Assembly: GCA_023247275.1 (NCBI GenBank)
Contig: JAHFGT010000003.1
Span: 1 to 63,024, forward strand
Origin: Candidatus Omnitrophota bacterium
GTDB taxonomy: Bacteria; Omnitrophota; Gorgyraeia; Aquiviventales; Aquiviventaceae
Length of the DNA: 63,024 nt
Reading direction: 5' to 3'
In this document: piece by piece, positions 29,903 through 39,600 of the stretch
Layout of the letters: each line of letters begins with the position of its first letter
How positions within the stretch are numbered: position 1 is the stretch's first letter
Made by a program: the position numbers and the translations under genes
Notes under the pieces: generated by a model
What the model saw: only the letters and a program-made list of their open reading frames with translations
The model's database searches: none
What the model was told of the DNA's origin: nothing

Positions 29903-30499
29903 ATGACGTCTGAACAGACGGTCTACACCAGTGTTCAAGAGGCGGTCGGCGCGTATCGCGCGATCTCTGATGAGCATATCCGCTTGATCGCGAAGGCCGG
30001 GCGGCTCATGAGTGAGGCGATCAACACCGGCCACAAGATCATCTGGTTCGGCAATGGTGGTTCGGCCACGCAAAGCCAACATATGGCGGGAGAGTTTGTC
30101 GGCCGATTTCGACAAGACCGCCGGTCGCTTCCATCGATTTCGCTCACTGAAAATATGGCGAGCGTCACCGCGATCGGCAACGACTACACGTTTGACCAGA
30201 TTTTCTCGCGTCAACTCGAAGGATTGGCTCAACCAGGGGATGTGGCTGTCGGACTGTCAACCTCTGGCCATTCGGCCAATGTCTTGGCCGGTCTGCAAGC
30301 CGCCCGCCGGCTCAGCACCGCGACGATCGGACTGACCGGCGAGAGCGGAGGCAAGATGACCAGCGCCTGTGACATCTGCATCTGCGTCCCGTCGTCGGTG
30401 ACGGCCAGAATCCAAGAACTCCATTTAACCATCGGCCACATTTTGTGCGCGCTGGTTGAGGATGCGCTCCAGCTCACCCCTGCTGTCCACCCATCGTAA
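29903..30499 (+). CDS. gmhA: Phosphoheptose isomerase (SIS domain)
   Basis: Contains ..IIWFGNGGSATQSQHMAGEFVGRF.. and ..GLSTSGHSANV.. Confidence 0.85.
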   Translation: MTSEQTVYTSVQEAVGAYRAISDEHIRLIAKAGRLMSEAINTGHKIIWFGNGGSATQSQHMAGEFVGRFRQDRRSLPSISLTENMASVTAIGNDYTFDQIFSRQLEGLAQPGDVAVGLSTSGHSANVLAGLQAARRLSTATIGLTGESGGKMTSACDICICVPSSVTARIQELHLTIGHILCALVEDALQLTPAVHPS

Positions 30500-30965
30500 G
30501 ATCGCGTCACTCACGACGCTGACCCGGCGAATCCGGCAAGCCCAGCATCGAGGTCAGCGAGTGGTCTTCACCAACGGGTGTTTTGATGTGGTGCATGCTG
30601 GCCACGTCACGATCTTGGAACAGGCGAAACGACTCGGGGACCTGCTCATCGTCGCCATTAACAGCGACCGGTCGGTCCGCCGATTGAAAGGCCCGGGCCG
30701 GCCGATTCTGTCTCAGCGCGAGCGCGCGCTCCTCTTGGCCGCGTTCGCCTGCGTGGATTACGTCACCGTCTTTGATCAGGACACGCCCTGGCATACCATC
30801 AAGCGGCTGCGTCCGAATGTCCTAGTCAAAGGCGCAGATTGGGATTCGAAGGCGATTGTCGGACGAGACCTCGTGGAAGGGTATGGTGGACGCGTGGCCC
30901 GGCTGCCGCTGGTCAAGGGCCGGTCGACGACCAACATCATTGAGCGGATTCGCCGCTGGTCATGA
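30462..30965 (+). CDS. hldC: D-glycero-beta-D-manno-heptose 1-phosphate adenylyltransferase (RfaE domain II only)
   Basis: Cytidylyltransferase motif ..VVFTNGCFDVVHAGHV.. Start is ATG 30462 or TTG 30456, overlapping the gmhA 3' end. Confidence 0.85.
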   Translation: MRSSSPLLSTHRKIASLTTLTRRIRQAQHRGQRVVFTNGCFDVVHAGHVTILEQAKRLGDLLIVAINSDRSVRRLKGPGRPILSQRERALLLAAFACVDYVTVFDQDTPWHTIKRLRPNVLVKGADWDSKAIVGRDLVEGYGGRVARLPLVKGRSTTNIIERIRRWS

Positions 30966-31420
30966 TGAACCGCTCGGTGCTGCGGCTGCTGGATGCCAAT
31001 GCCAACCGAGCGTTGGAAGGTCTTCGAGTCGCCGAAGAGATCGTGCGATTTCACTTCGAAGCCACGTCCTTGTTCAGCCGAGCGCGGGCGTTGCGCCATG
31101 CGGTGGCAAACGCGATACGAGCCTTACCCGTTCCAGCTCGAGCCCTGGTCGCTGCGCGTGAAAGCCGGGGGGACATTGGCCGCCACGCCTTGGCAAGCCC
31201 GGTGGGCACCCTTGACCGACTCCTCGTGATTAATCTCCAACGAGCAAAAGAATCGCTTCGCGCCCTCGAAGAATGCACGCGGGTATTCGCCCCGACACAC
31301 ACGGCGAGATTCCAGCGATTACGGTTTCGCACCTATGTCCTCGAACGTGACCTCTTGCTCCACCTGGCGGCTCTACGTGATTCTCGACGACGACACCGCC
31401 GTCGGTCGCGACCTCGTTGA
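30962..31420 (+). CDS. Helical domain protein of the kind found N-terminally fused to ThiE in some lineages; may be the 5' part of a frameshifted thiE
   Basis: ATGA overlap with hldC. Contains ..LLDANANRALEGLRVAEEIVRF.. The last 18 codons are Arg-rich with poor third-position GC and overlap the thiE frame. Confidence 0.5.
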   Translation: MMNRSVLRLLDANANRALEGLRVAEEIVRFHFEATSLFSRARALRHAVANAIRALPVPARALVAARESRGDIGRHALASPVGTLDRLLVINLQRAKESLRALEECTRVFAPTHTARFQRLRFRTYVLERDLLLHLAALRDSRRRHRRRSRPR

Positions 31421-31976
31421 GCTGGCGATCGCTGCGATTCGCGGCGGCGCAGATGTGCTCCAACTGCGCGCCAAACGCGCGACCGATGATCAGCTCGCCG
31501 CTGTAGCCACCCGGCTGCTGGTGGTGACACGTCCTCACCATATCCCGCTACTCATCAACGACCGTCCTCAGGTCGCGGCCGATATCAACGCCGATGGGGT
31601 GCATCTAGGGCAAGACGACGCGCCAGTGGCTGAGGCTCGGCGGCTCCTCAGGGGTGGGAAGCTGGTGGGGAAATCCACGCATTCGCTCGAGCAAGCGCTT
31701 GCCGCCCAAGCCGAAGGCGCTGATTACATCGGCGTGGGCCCGATCTTTCCCACGCCAACCAAGCCGAACTATGGCAGCGTCGGCTTGGCAGGCATCCGGC
31801 AGGTTCGTCAGCAGCTCAGCATTCCATTCACCTGCATCGGAGGGATTGATGCTCAGACCATCGGCGATGTGGTCCATGCCGGCGCTTACTGCGTCGCAGT
31901 GGTCCGTGCCGTCTGTGCAGCCGCAGACCCTGAATCGGCCGCACGCAGTCTGAAACAGCGGCTGCTCAGGGGGTGA
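31335..31976 (+). CDS. thiE: Thiamine-phosphate synthase (catalytic TMP-PPase domain)
   Basis: Contains ..RLYVILDD.., ..GADVLQLRAK.., ..LINDR.., ..DGVHLGQDD.. and ..IGGI.. The start is uncertain: ATG 31335, or a fusion to the upstream frame. Confidence 0.85.
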   Translation: MSSNVTSCSTWRLYVILDDDTAVGRDLVELAIAAIRGGADVLQLRAKRATDDQLAAVATRLLVVTRPHHIPLLINDRPQVAADINADGVHLGQDDAPVAEARRLLRGGKLVGKSTHSLEQALAAQAEGADYIGVGPIFPTPTKPNYGSVGLAGIRQVRQQLSIPFTCIGGIDAQTIGDVVHAGAYCVAVVRAVCAAADPESAARSLKQRLLRG

Positions 31977-31989
31977 AGGGGAAAAATAC

Positions 31990-32060
31990 AGCGGGTAGCG
32001 GGAATCGAACCCGCGTGGCCAGCTTGGGAAGCTGGTGCACTACCACTGTGCTATACCCGC
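31990..32060 (-). tRNA. tRNA-Gly (anticodon CCC)
   Basis: The reverse complement folds as a 71-nt cloverleaf: acceptor GCGGGTA/TACCCGC, anticodon loop TTCCCAA, T-loop TTCGATT, discriminator T. No encoded CCA. Confidence 0.9.
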
Positions 32061-32289
32061 CAGCAGAACCTGGTGAGTTGTTCGAAATATTCTAGTCGAG
32101 CCGGCCAAAAAGTGGAATATTTTTCACCGGACTCGTCGACAAAACAGCCGCGGTTTCGGCTTGCCTTTTTTTGACGACCGCGATAGAGTGGTGCAGCTGA
32201 CGCCAGACATGACGTACGGATTGATTGGTATACTGAACCTCTTCACCAAGAGCTAAAGCCCTGAACCTCCTGAACGACGCCTCTCCAGG

Positions 32290-32907
32290 ATGACGCGTGT
32301 CTGGTCCCTGGGGATCACGGCCTGTGCATTGATCACTGGGTGCGCGACCGTTCCGGTCGGCCCAGTGGCTCTTGACTCACCCCCTGTGGTCCGGCCGCTG
32401 CCTCAACTGGCCGGATCTTACCATGTGGTTCAACGCGGTGAAACACTTTGGCGAATCGCACACTCCTATGGCCTTGAGCCGCAGCAATTGGCAGCTGCCA
32501 ACCGCCTGCGAAGCACCGTACCCGTCAGATCCGGGCAACGATTGTTCGTTCCGCTGCCGCCTGAGACATTGGCATTTCTTTGGCCGGTCCGTGGGACCGT
32601 TCGGAGCGCCGGATCAACCCATGGGGTCAAAATCAGCGCGTCGCCAGGTAGCTTGGTGCGCGCCTCCCGAAGTGGTCAAGTTGCTGTCGCAGCGCAGCAG
32701 CTCGCCGGCTGGGGCAGGACCGTGGTGTTGGACCATCTTGACGGACATTTGACCGTGTATGCTGGCCTGGATCAAATCTTGGTCAGCCCTGGCGTTACCT
32801 TGCGCCAGGGCACCCCACTCGGAACCATCGGCCTGCAGGCGATGCATTTCGAAATCCGGTATGGGGCCACACCGAAGAACACCCTGGCGTATTTGCCATC
32901 GGAATGA
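32290..32907 (+). CDS. NlpD-like lipoprotein: LysM plus degenerate M23 (LytM) domain
   Basis: Lipobox LITGC. LysM motif YHVVQRGETLWRIAHSYG. The M23 region lacks the HxxxD Asp (THGVKI) and the first His of HxH (AMHFE). Confidence 0.85.
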   Translation: MTRVWSLGITACALITGCATVPVGPVALDSPPVVRPLPQLAGSYHVVQRGETLWRIAHSYGLEPQQLAAANRLRSTVPVRSGQRLFVPLPPETLAFLWPVRGTVRSAGSTHGVKISASPGSLVRASRSGQVAVAAQQLAGWGRTVVLDHLDGHLTVYAGLDQILVSPGVTLRQGTPLGTIGLQAMHFEIRYGATPKNTLAYLPSE

Positions 32908-33041
32908 TCCCACCACCTGCGGCGGCTGCCAACGGCAGCCCTGCAACTGAAGGAATTGCAAGGAAGGTTGTCATGAGCACTCATCAACGAAGTCGTTGCA
33001 GTGCCACGCCGCCGGCGTGGCAGCCGCAGGTGGTGGGATGA
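32904..33041 (+). repeat. ATGA-bounded inverted-repeat element, copy B (17 + 5 bp terminal helix)
   Basis: Positions 32907-32923 pair perfectly with 33023-33039; after a 3-nt bulge, 32927-32931 pair with 33018-33022. The left ATGA contains the upstream stop and the right ATGA contains the downstream start. The whole element is one open 45-codon frame. Confidence 0.7.
32973..33041 (+). CDS. 22-aa upstream ORF (MSTHQRSRCSATPPAWQPQVVG), translationally coupled to the ATPase gene
   Basis: SD AGGAAGG lies 5 nt before ATG 32973. Its stop TGA at 33039-33041 overlaps ATG 33038. It is in frame with ATG 32904. Confidence 0.3.
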   Translation: MSTHQRSRCSATPPAWQPQVVG

Positions 33042-34687
33042 GCTCACCCCCAAATCTCCGCCCAGAACTTGCCCGTCATCTGTCGCAACGACTCGAGGCC
33101 TTTAGCGATGGGTTTCGCCACAACCTGGCTTTAATCGGTCCACCAGGTAGCGGCAAGAGTTTTCAACTCCAGCAACTGGTTGCGGCTGCCCCGAACACGC
33201 TCACGCTCATCTCATGTTCGCTGTATCGCGAGTCATGCCGCAGCTTCCTCACGCGACTGCTCGGCGCGACCCTGCAGGCCGGCTGCATCGCCGCCGGTCA
33301 GCGCCAGGCTTTCGGAGTACCCGATAGAAACGATTCGACCACAGATCAATGGCTCGTACCGGCGCAGCCGCTCGAACAGATGGTACGCACAGCCGAGCCG
33401 GTGTTGCCCAACACTGCAGCAGCCATCCGCACCATCGAACCGCTCGTCAATCGCCGATCCTATGCTGAAGCCTTTACCCGCACACTCGACACCATTCCAG
33501 TCCTGGCCGAAGAGCTGCGCCAGCCCACGGTGCTCATCCTGGATGAATTCCTCTATCTCGAGGAGCTCGGGCTTGGGCATGCGTTTCATGAACTCGGAAA
33601 GCGGGTCATGACCTGGCCGTCGACGCTGTTCATCCTCTCCAGCAGTGCAACGTATCGCGCCCGAGCCATTCTCAGAGAACGGTTGCAACTGCTCTTCGGA
33701 CAATTTGAACTGCTCACGTTGGAATCGCTTGAACCGAGCACCGCAAGTGAATGGGTGCACCAAGCATTGGTCGGAATCCGCCGCGCGGATATGGTCAGCC
33801 CGTTCTTGCTGCGTTGGCTTGGCGCCTACCCCTGGTACCTCACGTTGTTCCTTAAGCGATTCAAGGAGCTGGCCGCCTTGGGCCATCGGTTTGATGAGCC
33901 TGAGCACCTATTTTTGCAAACAGCCTGGGACCTCTTGGGCAGCCCCGAAGGTCCGCTCCATCAATGGTGTGTCTCGCGTATTGAGTCATTAGTCCATGCC
34001 CGCAGCGGCGCACGAGCGCTGGATACGCTCATCCATGTGGCTGGCGGCGCTCGAACCGCGACAGAAATCGGATCCCGTATTGGCCGGGCCGGCCTGTCGA
34101 CCGCGCTGCAAGCCTTGGTTGAGCATGACCTTGTTCAACGCAACGGAAGCTGCTGGTTGGTGACCGATCCTGTTGTGCGCTGCTGGTTATCGTCTGTCTT
34201 GCTAGCCCGGCGCACCAATGCGCAGAGCGATGAGACCTTGGTCCGCCACCGATTCGAGCAGTATCTGCGGTCGCTCTGGGTGCACTGGGAACAGCTGCAT
34301 CAGCTGTCGTTTTCAGAGCAGGTGGTCCATCTATTCGAGCGATTTGACGATGAAACGGTCTGGCTGGACTCTAAGACCGGTCGACTGCCAAAGTTTGACT
34401 CGATCCGCACTGAGTGGACCGCCAATTCGGCCGCGTACATCATCGCGGATGGCGGGGGACGACGATGGTGCGCCACCGTCCAGGAGCGTGCGGTGGCTGA
34501 ATCGGATATCAGCAGTTTTGAGCGGTTCTGCCGCTCCCAGCAGCCGAAACCCTCTCGGAAGGTCGTCATCACGCGAACCGGATTGGATCAGAACGCTCGG
34601 TTGTTAGCCAAAACGTCCAACATGTGGGTCTGGCAGCCAAGTGATCTAAGCCTGCTGGCCGGACTCTACGGCGCCCAGCACCGGTGA
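33038..34687 (+). CDS. AAA-type ATPase (archaeal-ATPase/DUF234-like architecture)
   Basis: Walker A GPPGSGKS and Walker B VLILDEF. A wHTH-like middle region is followed by a C-terminal ..YIIADGGGRRWCATVQER.. nuclease-like region. Start is ATG 33038 (the ORF extends to TTG 32996). Confidence 0.78.
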   Translation: MSSPPNLRPELARHLSQRLEAFSDGFRHNLALIGPPGSGKSFQLQQLVAAAPNTLTLISCSLYRESCRSFLTRLLGATLQAGCIAAGQRQAFGVPDRNDSTTDQWLVPAQPLEQMVRTAEPVLPNTAAAIRTIEPLVNRRSYAEAFTRTLDTIPVLAEELRQPTVLILDEFLYLEELGLGHAFHELGKRVMTWPSTLFILSSSATYRARAILRERLQLLFGQFELLTLESLEPSTASEWVHQALVGIRRADMVSPFLLRWLGAYPWYLTLFLKRFKELAALGHRFDEPEHLFLQTAWDLLGSPEGPLHQWCVSRIESLVHARSGARALDTLIHVAGGARTATEIGSRIGRAGLSTALQALVEHDLVQRNGSCWLVTDPVVRCWLSSVLLARRTNAQSDETLVRHRFEQYLRSLWVHWEQLHQLSFSEQVVHLFERFDDETVWLDSKTGRLPKFDSIRTEWTANSAAYIIADGGGRRWCATVQERAVAESDISSFERFCRSQQPKPSRKVVITRTGLDQNARLLAKTSNMWVWQPSDLSLLAGLYGAQHR

Positions 34688-35877
34688 TGGCCGTTTCCAG
34701 CGAATCACTCCACCTGCCAGCGACCCGCGAAGAGTTAGAGGCCAGGGAAGAGCGCTGGCTCGCCTCGTATGCGATGAAGAGCCGGCATACCCGAGGCCGG
34801 CTCTACCCAGAGCCTGAAGACCCGTACCGCACCGTCTTCCGTCGAGACCATGATCGCATCATCCATACCACCGCGTTCCGCCGCCTGGAGTATAAAACCC
34901 AGGTATTCGTCAACCATGAGGGAGACCACTATCGCACGCGCCTGACGCATACGCTAGAGGTCGCGCAGGTCAGCGTATCGATCGCGCGGATTCTCCGGCT
35001 CAATGAGGATTTGGTAGAGACCGTCTCCCTCGCGCATGACATTGGTCACCCGCCCTTCGGCCACGCCGGCGAGGACGCCTTGCGTGATCTGATGGAAGCG
35101 CATGGAGGATTCGAGCACAATATTCAAGGTCTGCGGATCGTCGATGTGTTGGAACACCGCTATCCGGAGTTCCCCGGACTCAACTTGACATGGGAAGTCC
35201 GCGAAAGCATCAACAAACACCGAACCCCGTACCGTCAGCCGGACATGCAGGTGGCGCTCGATCCGACCACCGCCCCATTACTGGAGAGCCAAGTAGCCGA
35301 TATCGCGGACGAGATCGCGTATGACCACCATGACTTGGACGACGGCCTGGCGTCAGGAATTCTCCATGAAGATCAGCTCGACGCGTTAGCGCTGTGGCGG
35401 CAGGCACGCGAGGCGGTGGAGTCCAGGCAGGGACAGCTTCATCCTGAGATTCGGCGGTACCAGATCATCCGGACGCTGATCAATCGACAAATCACCGATT
35501 TGGTCCAGGGCACCTTGGATCGATTGCGGCACGAACAAATCGAGCAGGTAGAAGATGTGCGGGCTTGCGCGCACCGGTTGGTGGGCTTTAGCGACGGCAT
35601 GGCGCCGCTGCGCACGCCGCTCAAACGGCTGCTGTGGACCCAGTTCTACCAGCATGCACGCGTTCTCCGAATGGCGCAGGAAGCCAAGCGATACATCGCC
35701 GAACTGTTTGCCTTCTATCTGCGCCAGCCAGCGCAACTCCCGAACACACCGCGCAGCCGTCTTGACCGCGGTGACGACCCGTCCCGTGTCGTGTGCGACT
35801 ATATCGCCGGCATGACGGATCGGTATTGCCTGGAGGCGTACAAGAAATATGTCGACCCATCAGCACGCGTTGAGTGA
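34687..35877 (+). CDS. dgt: dGTP triphosphohydrolase-like HD-domain protein
   Basis: Start overlaps the ATPase stop (GTGATG). Contains ..FRRDHDRIIHTTAFRRLEYKTQVF.., ..RTRLTHTLEV.. and ..HDIGHPPFGH.. Confidence 0.9.
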   Translation: MAVSSESLHLPATREELEAREERWLASYAMKSRHTRGRLYPEPEDPYRTVFRRDHDRIIHTTAFRRLEYKTQVFVNHEGDHYRTRLTHTLEVAQVSVSIARILRLNEDLVETVSLAHDIGHPPFGHAGEDALRDLMEAHGGFEHNIQGLRIVDVLEHRYPEFPGLNLTWEVRESINKHRTPYRQPDMQVALDPTTAPLLESQVADIADEIAYDHHDLDDGLASGILHEDQLDALALWRQAREAVESRQGQLHPEIRRYQIIRTLINRQITDLVQGTLDRLRHEQIEQVEDVRACAHRLVGFSDGMAPLRTPLKRLLWTQFYQHARVLRMAQEAKRYIAELFAFYLRQPAQLPNTPRSRLDRGDDPSRVVCDYIAGMTDRYCLEAYKKYVDPSARVE

Positions 35878-35897
35878 GTGACAGAGGAGGAGAAAGT

Positions 35898-36644
35898 ATG
35901 ACGCACCGACGATTGATCTACGGCGTGACGTTGAGTCTATTAGCAGGTTGCGGCACAAGAACCAGCTCGCTGTTGCTCGAACGCCAAACGCGGGGCCCGA
36001 TGGTGGAGGCGCCATCAGTCGCCACAGGAGACCATCGTCGGCTTGAACCGACCACACAAACTCTCACCCAGGGGCAAGTCGAAGTCACGGTCACGCATGC
36101 GACGCCGCAGTATTTGAAGGATCTGTTCGGGCGGCGGGAGATCTTTGGGCAGTTCGCCGGGCATAACCCCTTCTTTCCAGAGCAGCTGGTGTTTTACGTG
36201 AAGATCATCAACCACAGCACGAGCAAGATCCGGATCAATCCGGCCGAGTTCGTCCTCATCGACGATCGCGGCAACCAGTACGCCTCGCTCAGTATCGACT
36301 ATGCCAACGCGCTGGCCGAGTTCCACCAGCCAGTCGGCACGGTGACGCGCGGCGTCTTAGAAGAAGCCCGCCCTGGATACTTCGGATTTAGCCTGCCAGT
36401 CGGGAAGTTGGTGGCCCAGAAGCCGCAGGGGCGATTTGCGCTGATCACCCGCGCATCACTCCAGAGTGGCTACTTGTATCCGGATGTGGTCCACGATGGC
36501 TTGGTCGCGTTCTGGACACCCAATAAACAGGCGGGGAGCCTCCGGCTGATGGTCGCGAACATCAAGACCAGCTTCGACGCGAACGACTTCGCGAAGACGT
36601 CCGAAGATTTCCCGTTTACGTTCAACATCGTGACGCCCCAATAG
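35898..36644 (+). CDS. Hypothetical lipoprotein
   Basis: SD GAGGAGG lies 7 nt before ATG 35898. Lipobox LLAGC. I recognise no family. Confidence 0.6.
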   Translation: MTHRRLIYGVTLSLLAGCGTRTSSLLLERQTRGPMVEAPSVATGDHRRLEPTTQTLTQGQVEVTVTHATPQYLKDLFGRREIFGQFAGHNPFFPEQLVFYVKIINHSTSKIRINPAEFVLIDDRGNQYASLSIDYANALAEFHQPVGTVTRGVLEEARPGYFGFSLPVGKLVAQKPQGRFALITRASLQSGYLYPDVVHDGLVAFWTPNKQAGSLRLMVANIKTSFDANDFAKTSEDFPFTFNIVTPQ

Positions 36645-36647
36645 CTC

Positions 36648-39600
36648 ATGGCCCCTCGCGGGCGTCAACTAACCGGGGCAGTAACCAGACCCGCACGCCG
36701 CGCCAAGACGGTCCGCCCCGGACTGAGAGAGTTGTCCCCGCCAGCGCTGGCTCCGCAAGACCTGCTGCTTGCTGACCTGACGCCAGCGCAGCAGTGCGCC
36801 GTTCGACATGAAGGCGGGCCGCTGCTGATCATCGCTGGCGCCGGCACCGGGAAAACCACGGTGATCACCCGTCGGATCGCTTGGTTGATGCGCGACAAAC
36901 AGGTCCGCCCAGACCAGATCTTGGCGCTGACGTTCACCGACAAAGCCGCCGTACAGATGGAAGAGCGGGTCGACCTGCTGGCTCCGTACGGCTACCTCAA
37001 TATTGCGCTCAAGACCTTCCATGCGTTCGGCGACCAGTTACTGCGGGAACATGCCATTCAGCTAGGACTGACCCAAAATTTCCGCGTCCTGTCCCAGCAG
37101 GAGCAACGGATCTTCTTGAGCCAACACATGTTTGAGCTGCCGCTCGCCGAATATCGTCCGCTGAACGATCCGACCCGGTATGTCGACGCCTTAATCGCGC
37201 TGTTCTCGCGCGCAAAAGACGAGGCGGTGAGCCCGGACGAGTTTGCCGTGCACGCCAAACAGGTCCATGACCAGGCCAGGGCAGCGCCTGCCGATGAGGA
37301 GCTCCAGCGCCAGAGCCGCCGACTGCATGAGCTGGCCGCTGTGTACGCCGCGTATCAGGCGTTGCTGCGATCCGAAGATGTCGTGGACTTTGGCGACCAG
37401 ATGTTGCTGGCGATCCAACTGCTCGAGCAGCATCCTGAGGTGTTGGCCGCGCTACGCCGACAGTACCAGTGGATCTTGGTCGATGAATTCCAAGATACCA
37501 ACTATGCCCAGTTTCGTTTGCTCCAACTGTTCACCGATGCCCAGAGTGAGATCACGGTCGTGGCGGACGATGATCAGAGCATTTACAAATGGCGTGGAGC
37601 GGCGATTAGCAATGTCCTCAAATTTCTCGAGCGTTATCCCACGGTGCAGACCATCGTCCTGACGGATAATTTTCGGTCGTCGCAGGCCATTCTGGACACC
37701 GCGTATCGCCTGATCCGGTTCAATGATCCGGATCGGCTCGAAGTCCGCCAGGGCATTGAGAAACGATTGCTCGCCCGGGTGCCGCGCCAATCGATCGTGC
37801 CCAAGTTTCAGGTGTTTGACGATGCCTCCAGCGAATCGGACTGGGTGGCTACGACGATCCGGACAACGATCGAGGCGGGCAGACGCCGGCCCAGCGACTT
37901 TGCGATTTTGGTTCGGTCGAACCGCGACGCTGACCTCTTCCTGCGCGCACTGAACGTGGCCGGGGTCTCCTGGCGATTTAGCGGTGCCAGCGGCTTGTTC
38001 GCGCGACACGAGAGCAAAATGCTGGTGTCATGCCTGAAATCGCTCACCGACCCGGCCGATAGCCTGAGCTGGTACCATGTGGCCAGCTCACCGCTGTACA
38101 ACTGCCCAATGGATGATTTAACCGCGGTGTTGGCTGAAGCGCGGCGCACCCACCGCAGCCTGCAGGAGCTCGTGCAACAGCTTGACGAGCATCCGACGCT
38201 GTCCACCGCGGTGTCTGATCCCGGCAAACAGATCCTGCGTCAACTGGGTGAGGATGTCCAACGGTTGCTGGAACTGTCCCGCCACCATTCCGGGGGTCAA
38301 GTCCTCTTTCGGTGGCTTCAAGATCGCGGGTTTCTCACACACCTCAGCCGATGTGACGACGTCAAGACATCGCTGCAACTTCAAACCGTGGCGAGATTTT
38401 TTAACGAGTTGCGCCGAGTTGAAGAGCTAGTCGGCCCCCATTTGCCAGCACTGGTCGGGCAGCTTGAACTGTTTGAGGCGATGGGGAACCAGCCGTTCGA
38501 GGAGGACGATGCCTGGGCAGATCGGGTGAATGTCCTCACCATTCATAAGGCGAAGGGATTAGAGTTTCCGGTCGTGTTTCTTGTTCGCTTGGTTCACGGC
38601 CGGTTTCCCACCCCGCAGCGCCGTGACACGCTGGAGCTGCCTGAGTCGTTGGTGAAGGACTTGTTGCCGTCCGGCGACTATCATCTTCAGGAAGAACGCC
38701 GACTGTTCTACGTGGGAATGACTCGAGCGAAAGAAGAGCTGTTCCTGACCGCCGCGTACGACTATGGGGGTAAGACCGCTCGAAAAGTCAGCCAATTTGT
38801 CCTGGAATCGCTGAACCTCTCGACGCAGACTCCCCCAGCCAAGCGGGCTGGCGCCACAGACATTCTCGAGCGATCACAGATCCGTGCCCCATTGGCGGTC
38901 ACCATTGCGCCGACCGGGTCGACCGCGTTGCGGCTGGATGCGCATGGGCTGGACGATTATCTGACCTGTCCGATGAAATACCGCTATAGCAAGATTCTCC
39001 GGATTCCGGCCATGCGGCATCATGTGGTCATCTACGGCGCAGCGCTGCATAGCGCGATCGAGCAGTTCTTCAAACGCCAGCTTCAGGGCATGGCCATGCG
39101 TGAAGCTGAATTACTCGTGGCCTTCGAACAGGCCTGGGTGTCTGAGGGATTCTTGACCCGAGAACACGAACAGCTCCGGTTGGAGCAGGGGCGACAGACG
39201 TTGCGCCGGTTTTATGCGGCACAACAGGCCACGCCAGAGCATCCCACGCTAATCGAAGAGAAGTTCCGGTTCGCGCTGGATGATCTGTTCGTCACCGGCC
39301 GATGGGATCGGGTTGATCTCCAGGGGGATGATGCGATCATCATCGACTATAAATCGTCCGACATCCGAGACCAGGCGGCTGCAGATCGCCGAACCCGAGA
39401 ATCGCTGCAGTTACTCGTCTACGCGTTGGCTTGGCAGACGTTACACGGCCGGTTGCCGAGTCGGGTCGAGCTGCGATTCTTAGAAACCGGGCTGACCGGA
39501 CAAGCCCATCCCACCGACGATGATATGGACCGGACCAGACAGTTGCTCAGAACAGCAGCCAGAGGTATCCGGTCGCAAGACTTCCATCCCAAGCCAAATG

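Noticed and set aside
32226-32234. TGGTATACT as an extended -10 promoter for the NlpD-like gene.
   Set aside because: There is no convincing -35 and it is a single weak match. The support is too thin to list as a feature.
32904-32919. The identical 16-mer ATGATCCCACCACCTG at 32904 and 45506 could be a chance repeat.
   Set aside because: One chance 16-mer match in 63 kb is not impossible. However, both copies have the exact reverse complement 120-150 nt downstream, ending on a start codon, and both have analogous inner hairpins and uORFs. I therefore kept it as a finding.
32996-33037. TTG-initiated 14-codon extension of the ATPase ORF.
   Set aside because: ATG 33038 is preceded by AGGTGGTGGG and is ATGA-coupled to the uORF. 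The TTG has no SD. The start remains uncertain.
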